Assembly (NCBI GenBank): GCA_966433995.1
Contig: CBJNAE010000001.1
Location: 7,190-71,189, forward strand
DNA from: an uncultured Ideonella sp.
Lineage (GTDB): Bacteria > Pseudomonadota > Gammaproteobacteria > Burkholderiales > Burkholderiaceae_C
Direction of reading: 5' to 3'
DNA length: 64,000 nt
A model generated the notes under the pieces. That model was given only the letters and a program-made list of their open reading frames with translations, did no database searches and was not told the DNA's origin. The position numbers and the translations under genes were made by a program. Numbering within the stretch: position 1 is the stretch's first letter; each line of letters starts with the position of its first letter. This document shows positions 9,866 to 19,760 of the stretch, in pieces.

Positions 9866-10726
9866 GTGCCCACCCCCATGTGGTTTTTATTGAAAGCACT
9901 TTCACGCTGGCCGCTGCGCCTGCTGCACGGCGTCGGCGCACTGCTGGGCTGGGCGACCTACCTGGCTTCGCCCAGCTACCGCCGGCGCTTCGAGGCCAAC
10001 GCGGCGCTGGCCGGCATCACGCCCGCGCAGTCGCGCGGCGCCATCGCCGAGGCGGGCCGCATGCTGATGGAGTTGCCCTACCTCTGGCTGCGGCCGCCCG
10101 GCTCTTCGATCCTGGACAAGGTGAGCTGGCGCGGCGAGGAATTGCTGGCGCAGGAGCACGAGCGCGGCCGCGGCCTGGTGATCCTCACGCCGCACATGGG
10201 CTGCTTCGAGATCGCCGCCCAGGCGGTGGCCGAACGCTACGGTCACCAGCGGGACGTCACCGTGCTGTTCCGGCCGGCGCGCAAGCCCTGGTTGCGCGAG
10301 TTGGTGGGCTCGGCGCGCACGCGGCCCCACCTGGTGGGCGCCCCGGCCACCCTGGCCGGCGTGCGCCAGTTGCTGCGCGCGGTGCGCGATGGCCAGACCG
10401 CGGGCCTGCTGCCCGACCAGGTGCCGCCCGAGGGCATGGGCGTTTGGGCCCCCTTTTTCGGCCGCGATGCCTACACGATGACCCTGGCCGCCAGGCTGGC
10501 CCAGCAACCCGGCGCGGTGCTGCTGCTGCTGTGGTGCGAACGCCTGCCCAAGGGCCGTGGCTATGTGATCCATGTGTCGCGGCCCACCGAGGCGCTGCCG
10601 GGTCCGCAGGCGCCTCAGGCAGAATCGGCCGCCGCCGTCAACCGCGAGATGGAACGGTTGATCCTCCAATGCCCGCAGCAATACCTCTGGGGCTACAACC
10701 GCTACAAAGCGGGCCGCGCCGCCTAA
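9866..10726 (+). CDS. lysophospholipid/lipid A late acyltransferase (LpxL/HtrB family), copy 1
   Basis: 286 aa. LTPHMGCFE (HX4E-type acyltransferase motif), LLPDQVP and FFGRDAYTMT are typical of the HtrB/MsbB family. An alternative ATG lies at 9878. Confidence 0.75.
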   Translation: MPTPMWFLLKALSRWPLRLLHGVGALLGWATYLASPSYRRRFEANAALAGITPAQSRGAIAEAGRMLMELPYLWLRPPGSSILDKVSWRGEELLAQEHERGRGLVILTPHMGCFEIAAQAVAERYGHQRDVTVLFRPARKPWLRELVGSARTRPHLVGAPATLAGVRQLLRAVRDGQTAGLLPDQVPPEGMGVWAPFFGRDAYTMTLAARLAQQPGAVLLLLWCERLPKGRGYVIHVSRPTEALPGPQAPQAESAAAVNREMERLILQCPQQYLWGYNRYKAGRAA

Positions 10727-10746
10727 GCCGGGCCGGCCCAACCTGA

Positions 10747-11643
10747 TTGAAGGTAGAAGCGCCTTTGCTGTCCCGCCTCGCCTACGGCCTGCTGTGGCTG
10801 TTGCACTTCCTCCCCCTGCCGCTGCTGGCCTTGCTGGGCCGCGGGCTGGGCTGGCTGCTCCACAAGACCGCCCGGTCGCGCCGCCACGTGGCCGCCACCA
10901 ACCTGGCGCTGTGCTTCCCCGACAAATCGCCCGCGGAGCGCGAGGCCCTTCTGCGCGACCACTTCGGCTGGCTCGGCCGCAGCCTGCTGGAGCGCGGCGT
11001 GCTCTGGCACGCCTCCACCCGGCGGCTGAAACGCCTGATCCATGTCGAGGGCGATGTCCACCTGGCCGAGCGCACCGAAGGCCGGTCGGTGATGTGGCTG
11101 GTGCCGCACTTCGTCGGCCTGGAGTTGGCCGGCGTGGCGGTGCAGCTCTTCCAGACCCGCAAGGGCGTGGACATCTACCAGACCCAGAGCGACCCCTTCT
11201 GGGACCGCGTGCTCACCGAGCGCCGCCTGCGCTTCGGCGGCGGCGAGGCCTACCCGCGCGGCGCGTCGATCCGGCCCGTCATCAAGCGCATCAAGGAGGG
11301 CTGGGCCTTCTTCAACATGCCCGACATGGACTTCGGCCAGCGCGACGCCGTCTTCGTGCCCTTCTTCGGCGTCACCGCCGCCACGCTCATGGCGCCTTCG
11401 CGGCTGGCCCGCTCCCTCGACATGGTGGTGCAGCCCGTGGTGGTGGACATGCTGCCCGCCGGCCGGGGCTACCGGGTGCGTTTCATGCCGGCGCTGGCGG
11501 AGTTCCCGACCGACGACGCCGAACGCGACACCCTGTGGATGAACGGTTTCGTCGAAGGCCTGGTGTTGCAGAACCCGGCCCAGTACCTTTGGGTGCACAA
11601 GCGTTTCAAGACGCGGCCGGCCGGCCAGCCCGGCGTCTACTAA
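10747..11643 (+). CDS. lipid A biosynthesis late acyltransferase (LpxL/HtrB family), copy 2
   Basis: 298 aa. RRHVAATNLALCFPDKSPAERE, VPHFVGLE, NMPDMDFG, FVPFFG and NPAQYLWVHKRFK are HtrB/LpxL-like. The start codon is TTG. Confidence 0.8.
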   Translation: MKVEAPLLSRLAYGLLWLLHFLPLPLLALLGRGLGWLLHKTARSRRHVAATNLALCFPDKSPAEREALLRDHFGWLGRSLLERGVLWHASTRRLKRLIHVEGDVHLAERTEGRSVMWLVPHFVGLELAGVAVQLFQTRKGVDIYQTQSDPFWDRVLTERRLRFGGGEAYPRGASIRPVIKRIKEGWAFFNMPDMDFGQRDAVFVPFFGVTAATLMAPSRLARSLDMVVQPVVVDMLPAGRGYRVRFMPALAEFPTDDAERDTLWMNGFVEGLVLQNPAQYLWVHKRFKTRPAGQPGVY

Positions 11644-11677
11644 AACCCCAGGCCCGCCGCTTCGCGTCAGGGTTGAG

Positions 11678-12505
11678 TCATGGCGCGGGGTGTGCCGCCG
11701 CCACCGCTTCATAGCGGCCGGCGTTGTCCCGCAGCCAGGCCTCGCCCAGTCCGCCGTCGTCCATGCGCGACGGGTGGAAGCCCGGCTTGAAATACGCCGC
11801 CGCGTGCGGGAGGAAGGCCCAGGCCAGGCCGCGCCGCCCGAGCAGGAAACGCAGGCCCGAGGCCCAGGTGCCGGGCCGCCACAAGCTGCCGTCGCGCCAC
11901 AGGTTGTGCATCGTCTGCACCGTCAGGTCGATGTTGAAGAGCACCAGGGCGTAGGCGAACCAGGCCGTGCGGCGCAGGTAGCCGCCGCCGGCCGCGTGGT
12001 AGCAATCGAGGGCGACGCTGCGGTGCTCCAGTTCTTCGGCGCTGTGCCAGGACCACAGCAGCCGGGGCGTGGGGTCGGCCCGGCTCAGCCCGGAGTCGTC
12101 GCGCAGCGTGGACAGCGCGAAGGCGGCCGTGCAATGTTCGTAAGCGGCCGTCACGGCGAGCCGGGTTCGCACCGACAGCCGCTCTGAACTGCGGATGCGC
12201 CAACCGATCCAGCCCCCCAGCACATAGCGGTAGCCCTGGCTGGCCAGCACCCGGTTGTACTGCGTGTGCAGGTGCCGGTGGGTGGCTTCCTGGCCGATGA
12301 AGCCCTGCACCCGCCCGCGCAGGGCTTCGTCCCGTAGCAGCGGCAGGGCCGCGCGCACGCTGTCGATGAAGTACTGCTCGCCCTGCGGGAAAGTCATCGA
12401 GGTGGCGTTGAACACCGCGCTGCGGTAAGGGTCGGCGTCGAACCAATGGCGCGGGAAACCGCCCTTCAGGTCGATGTGGAGCCGGCGCACGATCGGGTCG
12501 CCCAT
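11678..12505 (-). CDS. predicted metal-dependent hydrolase (COG3687-like)
   Basis: MGDPIVRRLHIDLKGGFPRHWF...FIGQEATHRHLH...SAEELEHRSVALDCY has the His/Glu-rich pattern of the predicted metal-dependent hydrolase family. It is divergent from a TetR gene. Confidence 0.55.
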   Translation of the reverse strand: MGDPIVRRLHIDLKGGFPRHWFDADPYRSAVFNATSMTFPQGEQYFIDSVRAALPLLRDEALRGRVQGFIGQEATHRHLHTQYNRVLASQGYRYVLGGWIGWRIRSSERLSVRTRLAVTAAYEHCTAAFALSTLRDDSGLSRADPTPRLLWSWHSAEELEHRSVALDCYHAAGGGYLRRTAWFAYALVLFNIDLTVQTMHNLWRDGSLWRPGTWASGLRFLLGRRGLAWAFLPHAAAYFKPGFHPSRMDDGGLGEAWLRDNAGRYEAVAAAHPAP

Positions 12506-12576
12506 CTGTTTCCTCCTTCTGATTGGCGACAATCCTGCCCCGGCACCCGACCGCCGGCAACTCGCATTTCAGCGCC

Positions 12577-13227
12577 ATGCCCCACTTACCCGCCGCCCCC
12601 CGGAAAACGCCGGTGCAACCTCGCGCCCACCGCACGGTGCAGACGATCTTCGACGCCACGGCTCAGGTTTTGGCGGACGAAGGCGAACAGGCATTCACCA
12701 CCAACCGGGTGGCCGAGCGCGCCGGCTATTCGATCGGCACGCTCTATCAGTACTTCCCGAACAAGACCAGCTTGCTGCAGGGCCTGGTGGAGCGCGAGCG
12801 GCGCCGCCTGATGCACGGCGCGCAGCAGCGGCTGCGGCAGGCCCAGGCGCGCGGCGACAGCCCGGCCCGCTGCCTGCGCGACCACATCGGCTACACCGTG
12901 GACGAGTTCGGCCGCGGCGGCTTGGCCGTCAAGCGCCCGCTGGTGCGCCTGGCCTGGCGCATTGCCGACGAAGCCGCGATTGCCCGGGCCTACCGGGAGA
13001 TGGCCGAGTTCTTCCTTCAGCTGATGTCGCGGGACGACCTGCGCCACCCCGCCGCCCGCGCACCCAGCCGGGCGCAGATGCTGTGCCTGACCTGGGCGGT
13101 GATGGGCGCGGTGCGCAGCGCCAGCCTGGAGCAGTCGCCCCTGCTGGACGACCCCGGGTTCAAGGACGAGCTGGTGCGCCTGTGCTGGGGCATGCTGCGC
13201 GGCGACGGCGACCCGCCGGACCGATAA
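12577..13227 (+). CDS. TetR/AcrR-family transcriptional regulator
   Basis: HTH segment [28 protein letters not shown]. It is divergent from the hydrolase gene. Confidence 0.85.
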   Translation: MPHLPAAPRKTPVQPRAHRTVQTIFDATAQVLADEGEQAFTTNRVAERAGYSIGTLYQYFPNKTSLLQGLVERERRRLMHGAQQRLRQAQARGDSPARCLRDHIGYTVDEFGRGGLAVKRPLVRLAWRIADEAAIARAYREMAEFFLQLMSRDDLRHPAARAPSRAQMLCLTWAVMGAVRSASLEQSPLLDDPGFKDELVRLCWGMLRGDGDPPDR

Positions 13228-13234
13228 TCGCCCG

Positions 13235-14092
13235 ATGCGAATCCGATTCACCAAGATGCAAGGCGCGGGCAACGACTTCGTCGTGCTCGACGGCACCCAG
13301 GCCCCGCTGAACCTGACCGCCGCACAGATCAAGCGCCTGGGCGACCGCCGTTTCGGCGTCGGCGCCGACCAGATCCTGATGGTCGAGCGCAGCGCCACGC
13401 CCGGCGTCGACTTCCGCTACCGCATCGCCAACGGCGCCACCGGCGACGAGGTCGAGCACTGCGGCAACGGCGCGCGCTGCTTCGTGCGCTTCGTGCACGA
13501 GCGCGGGCTGACCGACAAGAAGACGGTGCGCGTCGAGACCATGAACAACCTGCTCGAACTGCGACTGCAGGAAGACGGCCGCGTCACCGTCGACATGAAC
13601 GCGCCGGTGTTCGATCTGGCGCGCGTGCCGTTCGATGCCGCCGGGGCGCGTTCGCGGGAGATGGGCCGGACCAGGCTCTACGCGCTCGACCTGGCCGACG
13701 GCGTGGCCGCCGAGGTGGCGGTGGTGTCGATGGGCAACCCGCACGCGGTGCAGCTGGTGGCCGACGTGGACGCCGCGCCGGTGGCCACCATCGGCCCCCA
13801 GGTGGAATCGCACCGCCGCTTCCCGCGCAAGGTCAACGCCGGCTTCATGCAGGTGGTGGACCGCGGCCGCGTGCGGCTGCGCGTCTACGAGCGCGACGCC
13901 GGCGAGACCCTGGCCTGCGGCACCGGCGCCTGCGCGGCGGTGGCGGCGGGCATCGAACTGGGCCTGCTCGACGCGCGCGTGGACGTGCAGACGCGCGGCG
14001 GCGAATTGACGATCGAATGGCGGGGGCCCGGCCACCCGCTGCTGATGACCGGCCCCGCACAAACCGTTTTCGAAGGAGAGATCGAGCTATGA
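13235..14092 (+). CDS. dapF: diaminopimelate epimerase
   Basis: [19 protein letters not shown]...GADQIL...[10 protein letters not shown]...[12 protein letters not shown], with both catalytic Cys motifs present. Confidence 0.95.
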   Translation: MRIRFTKMQGAGNDFVVLDGTQAPLNLTAAQIKRLGDRRFGVGADQILMVERSATPGVDFRYRIANGATGDEVEHCGNGARCFVRFVHERGLTDKKTVRVETMNNLLELRLQEDGRVTVDMNAPVFDLARVPFDAAGARSREMGRTRLYALDLADGVAAEVAVVSMGNPHAVQLVADVDAAPVATIGPQVESHRRFPRKVNAGFMQVVDRGRVRLRVYERDAGETLACGTGACAAVAAGIELGLLDARVDVQTRGGELTIEWRGPGHPLLMTGPAQTVFEGEIEL

Positions 14093-14781
14093 GCAGCGCC
14101 AGCAGCGTCCAAGGCGGCATCACCGAGGCCGACATCGCCAACTACCTGGCCAACACGCCGGGCTTTTTCGAGCGCCAGGCCGAGCTGCTGTCCAGCATCC
14201 AGCTCACCAGCCCGCACGGCCAGCGCGCCGTGTCGCTGCAGGAGCGCCAGATGGAAATGCTGCGCGAGAAGATCAAGGGCCTGGAGCACAAGATCATCGA
14301 GATGATCCGCCACGGCCAGGAGAACGTCGCCATCGCCGACAAGCTGCACCGCTGGACGCGCGCCATCATGCTGACCGCCCAGCCCACCTTCCTGCCCCAG
14401 GTCGTGGTGCAGCAGCTGATGCACCAATTCCTGATCCCGCAGGCGGCGATCCGCGTCTGGGGCGTCGACGAACGCTACGCCGACCAGCCCTTCACCCAGA
14501 GCGTCAGCGCCGACACCAAGATCCTCACCTCGTCGCTCACGCTGCCCTACTGCGGGCTGAACACCGGCTTCGAGGCCGCCTCCTGGCTGGACGACGCCGC
14601 CAGCGTCAGCTCGATGGCCCTGGTGCCGCTGCGCCACGAAAGCTCGGAAGCCGCCTTCGGCCTGCTGGTGCTGGGCTCGCCCGACCCGACGCGCTACACC
14701 ACCGACATGGGCACCGAGTTCCTGGTGCGCATCGGCGAGATCGCCAGCGCCGGGCTGGCGCGGCTGCTGCCGTCGGTTTGA
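14089..14781 (+). CDS. DUF484-family protein (YigA-like)
   Basis: [51 protein letters not shown]. It overlaps the dapF stop (ATGA). The order dapF-DUF484-xerC is the classic arrangement. Confidence 0.85.
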   Translation: MSSASSVQGGITEADIANYLANTPGFFERQAELLSSIQLTSPHGQRAVSLQERQMEMLREKIKGLEHKIIEMIRHGQENVAIADKLHRWTRAIMLTAQPTFLPQVVVQQLMHQFLIPQAAIRVWGVDERYADQPFTQSVSADTKILTSSLTLPYCGLNTGFEAASWLDDAASVSSMALVPLRHESSEAAFGLLVLGSPDPTRYTTDMGTEFLVRIGEIASAGLARLLPSV

Positions 14782-14818
14782 CGGCGGCGCCGGTCCCACC
14801 ACTTCCCTTCCGAACGAC

Positions 14819-15796
14819 ATGGCACCCGCCCCCAACCCAGGCGGCGGGCCGGCGGACGCCCCGCCGCTCTTGGCCGACCTGCTCGCCCGCCACCTCACCC
14901 ACCTGCGCGTGGAGCGCCGCCTCGCCGAGCGCACGCTGGCGATGTATCTGGAAGCCTTCCAGCGGCTGCAGCGCTTCGCCGACGCCCACGACGGCCTCGA
15001 CCTGGCCAAGGTGCAGGCCGCGCACGTGCGCCGCTGGGCGGCCGAGCTGCACCGGCAGGGCCTGGCGCCGCGCAGCATCGCCATCGTGCTGTCGGCCTGG
15101 CGCGGCTTTTACCGCTGGTGCGGCCGCGACGGCCTCGTGCCGGCCAACCCGGTGGACGGCGTGCGCGCGCCCAAGGCGGCCAAGCCGCTGCCCAAGGCGT
15201 TGTCGGTGGACCATGCGGTCGCGCTGGCGCAGCATGAAGACGCCGACGGCGACCCCGTCCTGCTGGCGCGCGACCACGCGATCGTCGAGCTGCTCTACGG
15301 CTGCGGCCTGCGGGTGGGCGAGCTGCTGGGGCTGGACTGCCGCCCCGGGGCGCAGGCCGCCGGCTGGGTCGACGAGCCCGACGCCACCGCCCACGTGCTG
15401 GGCAAGGGCGGCAAGCGCCGCAGCGTGCCGGTCGGCCGGCCCGCGCTGCGGGCGCTGCGAGCCTGGCTGGAATGCCGCGCCGAGATCGCCGCCCCCTCGG
15501 AGGACGCGCTGTTCGTCAGCCGGCGCGGCGGCCGCCTGACCGCCAGCCAGGTGCGCTCGCGCCTGAAGCGCCAAGCCATCCAGGCCGGCGTGCCGACGCA
15601 CGTGCACCCGCACATGCTGCGCCATTCCTTCGCATCCCACCTGCTGCAAAGCAGCGGCGACCTGCGCGCCGTCCAGGAGCTGCTCGGCCACGCCCACATC
15701 AGCACCACCCAGGTCTACACCCAGCTCGACTTCGGCCACCTGAGCAAGGTCTACGACGCCGCGCACCCGCGGGCCAGGAAAAAAGACGGGGGCTGA
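14819..15796 (+). CDS. xerC: site-specific tyrosine recombinase XerC
   Basis: LLYGCGLRVGEL, HMLRHSFASHLL, LGHAHISTTQVYT and the C-terminal catalytic Tyr context. Synteny with dapF supports the call. Confidence 0.92.
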   Translation: MAPAPNPGGGPADAPPLLADLLARHLTHLRVERRLAERTLAMYLEAFQRLQRFADAHDGLDLAKVQAAHVRRWAAELHRQGLAPRSIAIVLSAWRGFYRWCGRDGLVPANPVDGVRAPKAAKPLPKALSVDHAVALAQHEDADGDPVLLARDHAIVELLYGCGLRVGELLGLDCRPGAQAAGWVDEPDATAHVLGKGGKRRSVPVGRPALRALRAWLECRAEIAAPSEDALFVSRRGGRLTASQVRSRLKRQAIQAGVPTHVHPHMLRHSFASHLLQSSGDLRAVQELLGHAHISTTQVYTQLDFGHLSKVYDAAHPRARKKDGG

Positions 15797-15802
15797 GGCG
15801 CC

Positions 15803-17665
15803 GTGACGGGGCCAGCGGCCATCGGCGGCAATGCCGCCCTGCCCAGCCGACGGCAGGCCGTCGGCTTCTGGCTGCGTTCGCACGGGCTGATGGCGCTGCG
15901 GCTGTGGCGCGACACCTTCGTGCAACCTGTCCGGCGGTGGCCTTCGGCCGCCGGCTTGGGCGACGCGCCGTTGCTGGCCGAGCACCGCAGCCCGCTTTGG
16001 CGGGACGGACGCACCGACGGCGAGTTCGGCCTGGTGGCAGGCAAGGTGCACAACCTGCGCCTGGCGGTGGGTGCGTTCCATGGTGTCGAAGTGGCGGCCG
16101 GGGGCGTGCTCAGCTTCTGGCGCCAGCTCGGCCGTCTCAGTGCCCGCCGCGGCTTCGTGCTCGGACGCGAGGTGCGCGAAGGCTGCGTGGTGCCGGCGCT
16201 CGGCGGCGGGCTGTGCCAGTTGTCCAACGCCTTGGCCACCTGCGCGGCCCAGGCAGGCTTCGCGCTGGTGGAACGGCACGGCCACACGCGCCGGGTGCAG
16301 GGCTCGTCTGCGGCCGCGGCCGGCAGCCTGGACGCCACCGTCTTCTGGAACTACGTCGACCTCCGCTGGAAGGCCGGCGTCGCCTGGCGCCTGGAGGCCG
16401 AGCTCACGGCCGACGAACTGGTGGTGCGCCTGCGCGGCATCGACACCGGCCGTGCCGCGCCCGGGCGGCCGGTGTCGATGCGCGTGCAACCCGCGCCGGC
16501 GGAAGAGCCCTCCGAAGCCCGCGGCTGCCTCACCTGCGCGCAGACCCAATGCTTCCGCCACCGCGGAACCTGGCCGGTGCCGGCGCAGGGCCGCACCGCT
16601 TTGCTGCTGGACGCATGGACACCGGAATTTGCCCGGCACCTCGAATCGATCGAAGGCGCCACGGACCGGTTCGTGCCGCGCGGCGCGAAACTGCTCGGCT
16701 TGAAGGTGCCGGGCCGCGCCGGCTGGCACCACGACGGCGCCGCACTCCACTTCACCGCCTGGGCGGTCTTCTTCGCACGCTCGCTGGCATCGCGCTGGCA
16801 CGCCCGCCGGGCCGGCCGCAGGCAAGCCGCGGTCGTCCAGGGGCAGCACGCCCTGGCGCGCGCCTATGCGCGCCGCCTGCGGCCGGAACACACCCGGCTC
16901 GTGGTCGACCAGGCCCTGCTCGCGCCGCTGTGGCAGGGCGGCCACCTGGCGGGGCGGCACTACGAGGTGCTGATGCACAGCCTGCCGATGCGGGAGATCC
17001 ACGCTCGCCTGCAAGCCGCCGGCGAGCGCTGGCCCGAAGACGCGAGCTTGCGCGATTTCCGCGCCGACCCCGGCTGGCTCGACGCGGAAGGCCAGGCCCT
17101 GCGCCGAGCCGCGGCCCTGGTGACGCCGCACCGCGAGATCGCCCGCGTGGTGCGGCAACAGCAACCCGGCATCCCGGCGAAGCTGTTGCCGTGGGTCCCA
17201 CCGGCCTGGGTGGATCAGGACGGCCCAATCGCAGAGCGGTCAGGCGCCACCTCAGCCGCGTCCGACACCGCCAGCCTGCGGCAAGGCCCGATCGTGTTCG
17301 GCGCCAGCGCCCTGGGACGCAAGGGCCTGAACGAATTGGCCGCCGCCTTGCAGGGCTGGGAGGGCGAACTGTGGGTGCTGGGCAGCGCCGCCCCGGATCC
17401 CGCCGCCTGGCGCGGACTGAAGGTGCGCCACCTGCCGTTCCAAAGCGGATGGTGGCGCGAAGCGGGCGTGCTCGTGTTGCCGGCGCACGTGGAACACTCG
17501 CCGCGCGCGGCGCTCGCCGCGTTGGCGGCCGGCATCCCAGTGGTGGCGAGCCCGGCCTGCGGCCTCGAAGGCCTGCCGGGCGCGCGCACCGTGGCGGCCG
17601 GCGATGTCGATGGCCTGCGCCGGGCGCTGGCCCCTTGGCTCGGCGCCGGCTCGTCAAGCCGTTGA
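15803..17665 (+). CDS. VanW-domain protein fused to a C-terminal GT1-like glycosyltransferase domain
   Basis: The N-terminal third has SFWRQLGRLSARRGFVLGREVREGCVVPALGGGLCQLSNAL...ERHGH (VanW signature). The C-terminal ~170 aa, LNELAAAL...LVLPAHVEHSPRAALAALAAGIPVVASPACGLEGLPGA, resemble the GT-B C-terminal half. The GTG start lies 7 nt after the xerC stop. Confidence 0.6.
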   Translation: MTGPAAIGGNAALPSRRQAVGFWLRSHGLMALRLWRDTFVQPVRRWPSAAGLGDAPLLAEHRSPLWRDGRTDGEFGLVAGKVHNLRLAVGAFHGVEVAAGGVLSFWRQLGRLSARRGFVLGREVREGCVVPALGGGLCQLSNALATCAAQAGFALVERHGHTRRVQGSSAAAAGSLDATVFWNYVDLRWKAGVAWRLEAELTADELVVRLRGIDTGRAAPGRPVSMRVQPAPAEEPSEARGCLTCAQTQCFRHRGTWPVPAQGRTALLLDAWTPEFARHLESIEGATDRFVPRGAKLLGLKVPGRAGWHHDGAALHFTAWAVFFARSLASRWHARRAGRRQAAVVQGQHALARAYARRLRPEHTRLVVDQALLAPLWQGGHLAGRHYEVLMHSLPMREIHARLQAAGERWPEDASLRDFRADPGWLDAEGQALRRAAALVTPHREIARVVRQQQPGIPAKLLPWVPPAWVDQDGPIAERSGATSAASDTASLRQGPIVFGASALGRKGLNELAAALQGWEGELWVLGSAAPDPAAWRGLKVRHLPFQSGWWREAGVLVLPAHVEHSPRAALAALAAGIPVVASPACGLEGLPGARTVAAGDVDGLRRALAPWLGAGSSSR

Positions 17666-17677
17666 CCGGGGTGCGGC

Positions 17678-18238
17678 TCAGCCCGCCGTCCAGAAGATGT
17701 AGTCGGCCTGGTAGTTGACGATCTCCTTCTTGCCCTTGGTGTCGGCGCCGCAGGGCGAGGCCGGCGCGACGCCGCCGCGGGTGTCGACGCGCTGGATGTA
17801 GGTCACGCCGTTCATCGCGCCGGCACCCGTGGCGGGGTTGGCCTTGACCAGTTGCAGCGGGATGGACCCGGCCGCCGCCGGCGCCACCGCGACTTGCGCA
17901 CCGGTGACCTTCGAACCGTCAGCGCTCTCCCAGGTGGCGGGCGGCCCGTAGTACTTGCCGACCATCCGGCCCTCGCGGTCGTTCAGCACCGCGTCGGGGC
18001 CGGCGAAGGCCCATTCGTAGGCTCCCATCGCACCGGCCTTCTCCCGGCATTCATAAGTGATGCGGCCGACGCCCACGGTCTCCATGCCCACCTTGTTGCC
18101 CGCGGGCACCTTCACCGCGTCGGGCAGGCTGGCCTGGGAGAACGGCGCTTTGGCCATCGTCGCCGGGCTGCTGGAACAGGCGGACAGGCCGGCGGCGGCC
18201 GCGGCTGCGGACAAGATCAAGGGCAGTGTTTTCATCAT
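17678..18238 (-). CDS. DUF3455-family lipoprotein
   Basis: Signal peptide with lipobox, MMKTLPLILSAAAAAAGLSAC. The body (ITYECREK...YEWAFAGPDAVL...GKYYGPPATWES...VNYQADYIFW) resembles DUF3455. Confidence 0.65.
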   Translation of the reverse strand: MMKTLPLILSAAAAAAGLSACSSSPATMAKAPFSQASLPDAVKVPAGNKVGMETVGVGRITYECREKAGAMGAYEWAFAGPDAVLNDREGRMVGKYYGPPATWESADGSKVTGAQVAVAPAAAGSIPLQLVKANPATGAGAMNGVTYIQRVDTRGGVAPASPCGADTKGKKEIVNYQADYIFWTAG

Positions 18239-18445
18239 GTGGCGCTCCTCAGGGGGTGGACGGGGTTGGGTCCGGTCGCCCGGACAGGACGGCCCGCCTC
18301 GCGGACCGCCATCCCGCCTCTACGCAGCACACCCCCGACCGGATGCAAAACCGGTGCGGCGCAAGGGCTTCCCCAGGAGGGCTGTCGCGGGCGACCGAGA
18401 GGCCTGGACACCCGGATCGCCGCAACCCCCGCGGAACGGTCAAAG

Positions 18446-18462
18446 TTGGCACGCCGCATGCT
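18446..18462 (+). promoter_or_regulatory. candidate sigma-54 (-24/-12) promoter
   Basis: TTGGCACGCCGCATGCT compared with consensus YTGGCACGrNNNTTGCW. The -24 TGGCACG is exact, the GG-to-GC spacing is correct, and there is one mismatch before the -12 GC. It sits about 145 nt upstream of the AAA+ gene start. Confidence 0.3.
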
Positions 18463-18604
18463 TCCGAATGGCGTGCAAAGCGCAGGCTTTTTAACGATTT
18501 GCTACAACGGCCCTGTGCTGGAATGGAATCGTCGGTGGAGGGTGGATCCGCTTCCCGCCACCGCCGGTTTTCGTTCGATGTTGACGCTGGATGGAGGTAG
18601 TCGT

Positions 18605-19609
18605 ATGAGCACATCCCACGAACTCGTCGCGGTCGAGGCGCGGCGCAACAACAACATCCCGATCGCCCGCATGCGGCACATGTACCGCGTCGACGAAGTC
18701 GGCCGCAAGCTGGAGAAGCTGCCGCAAAAGGAACACGAGGGCCTGCGCGCCACCTACGAGCGCATGCTCGAAAAGGGCCCGGAGCGCTTCCAGGTCAAGC
18801 CCGCCGGCCTGCCGGTGATGGACCACCTCTACGACGAGCTGCCCAACTTCGCCCAGGTGCTGGACGACATCAAGCGCCAACTCGCGCTGTGCGAGGACAG
18901 CCGCGACGCGCTGGAGATCACGCCGCTGCTGCTGCTGGGCCCGCCCGGCGTCGGCAAGACGCATTTCGCGCGCGCCTTGTCGGCGCTGCTGGGCACCGGC
19001 ATGGGCTTCGTGTCGATGTGCTCGATGACCGCCGGCTGGGTGCTGTCCGGCGCCTCCAGCCAGTGGAAGGGCGCGCGGCCCGGCAAGGTGTTCGAAACGC
19101 TGGTCGACGGCGAATACGCCAACCCGGTGATGGTGGTCGACGAGATCGACAAGGCCGGCGGCGAACACACCTACGACCCGCTGGGCGCGCTGTACAGCCT
19201 GTTGGAGCACGACACCGCGGGCAGCTTCGTCGACGAGTTCGCCGAAGTGCCGATCGACGCCAGCCAGGTGATCTGGGTGGCCACCGCGAACGACGCGCGC
19301 GGCATCCCCGACCCCATCCTCAACCGCATGAACGTCTACGAAGTGCAGGCCCCCGACGCCGACGCGGCGCGCCGCATCGCCGCCCGGCTCTACAAGGGCA
19401 TCCGGGCCGAGCACGACTGGGGCTCGCGCTTCAACCCGTCGCCCGAGGCCGAGGTGCTGGACCGCATGAGCGAGATGGCGCCGCGCGACATGCGCCGCGC
19501 CTGGATGACCGCCTTCGGCAACGCCAAGCTGGCCCACCGCGACCACGTCCTGCCGGTCGACCTGCCGGAAACCGGCGGGCGGCGGGCGGCGATGGGGTTC
19601 GTGCAGTAG
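18605..19609 (+). CDS. stand-alone AAA+ ATPase (Lon-type ATPase module without a protease domain)
   Basis: Walker A LLLGPPGVGKTH, Walker B VMVVDEIDKAG, sensor-1 region WVATAND and PDPILNRM. GGAGG lies upstream of ATG 18605. The first 251 codons of the track ORF are antisense to the DUF3455 gene and were discarded. Confidence 0.8.
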   Translation: MSTSHELVAVEARRNNNIPIARMRHMYRVDEVGRKLEKLPQKEHEGLRATYERMLEKGPERFQVKPAGLPVMDHLYDELPNFAQVLDDIKRQLALCEDSRDALEITPLLLLGPPGVGKTHFARALSALLGTGMGFVSMCSMTAGWVLSGASSQWKGARPGKVFETLVDGEYANPVMVVDEIDKAGGEHTYDPLGALYSLLEHDTAGSFVDEFAEVPIDASQVIWVATANDARGIPDPILNRMNVYEVQAPDADAARRIAARLYKGIRAEHDWGSRFNPSPEAEVLDRMSEMAPRDMRRAWMTAFGNAKLAHRDHVLPVDLPETGGRRAAMGFVQ

Positions 19610-19760
19610 CGTTCGCGCGGCAGCGAGGCAAGGCGGCGGCGGGCCGCGGAACTGGATGCATCGAAGTTAGGGGGGCGTGGCGGCATCCACTTCCCGGTGC
19701 AGGGGCGTACGGGTGGGGGCAGCGCGACTTTGCGTTGCGCCACCCACCAGGAGCCCCCTC

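Noticed and set aside
14819-15796. Tyrosine recombinase as a marker of an integrative mobile element
   Set aside because: It sits in the conserved dapF-DUF484-xerC housekeeping arrangement and has XerC-type motifs. No att-like repeats, tRNA target or phage/ICE genes flank it.
14606-17164. Very long shadow ORFs: 14606-17164 (minus, 852 aa), 49590-52130 (minus, 846 aa), 55008-57752 (plus, 914 aa), 61198-63891 (minus, 897 aa), 19806-20888 and many others
   Set aside because: They are Arg/Ala/Gly/Pro-rich low-complexity translations. They are antisense or out of frame to genes with clear family signatures (xerC/VanW, glcDEF, FIST/PhaM, the AAA+ ATPase). This is the typical open-frame artefact of very GC-rich DNA.
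17852-18604. N-terminal 251 codons of the 585-aa ORF containing the AAA+ ATPase
   Set aside because: This part is antisense to the DUF3455 lipoprotein gene and is low-complexity. ATG 18605 has a GGAGG-like ribosome-binding site and yields a complete AAA+ protein.
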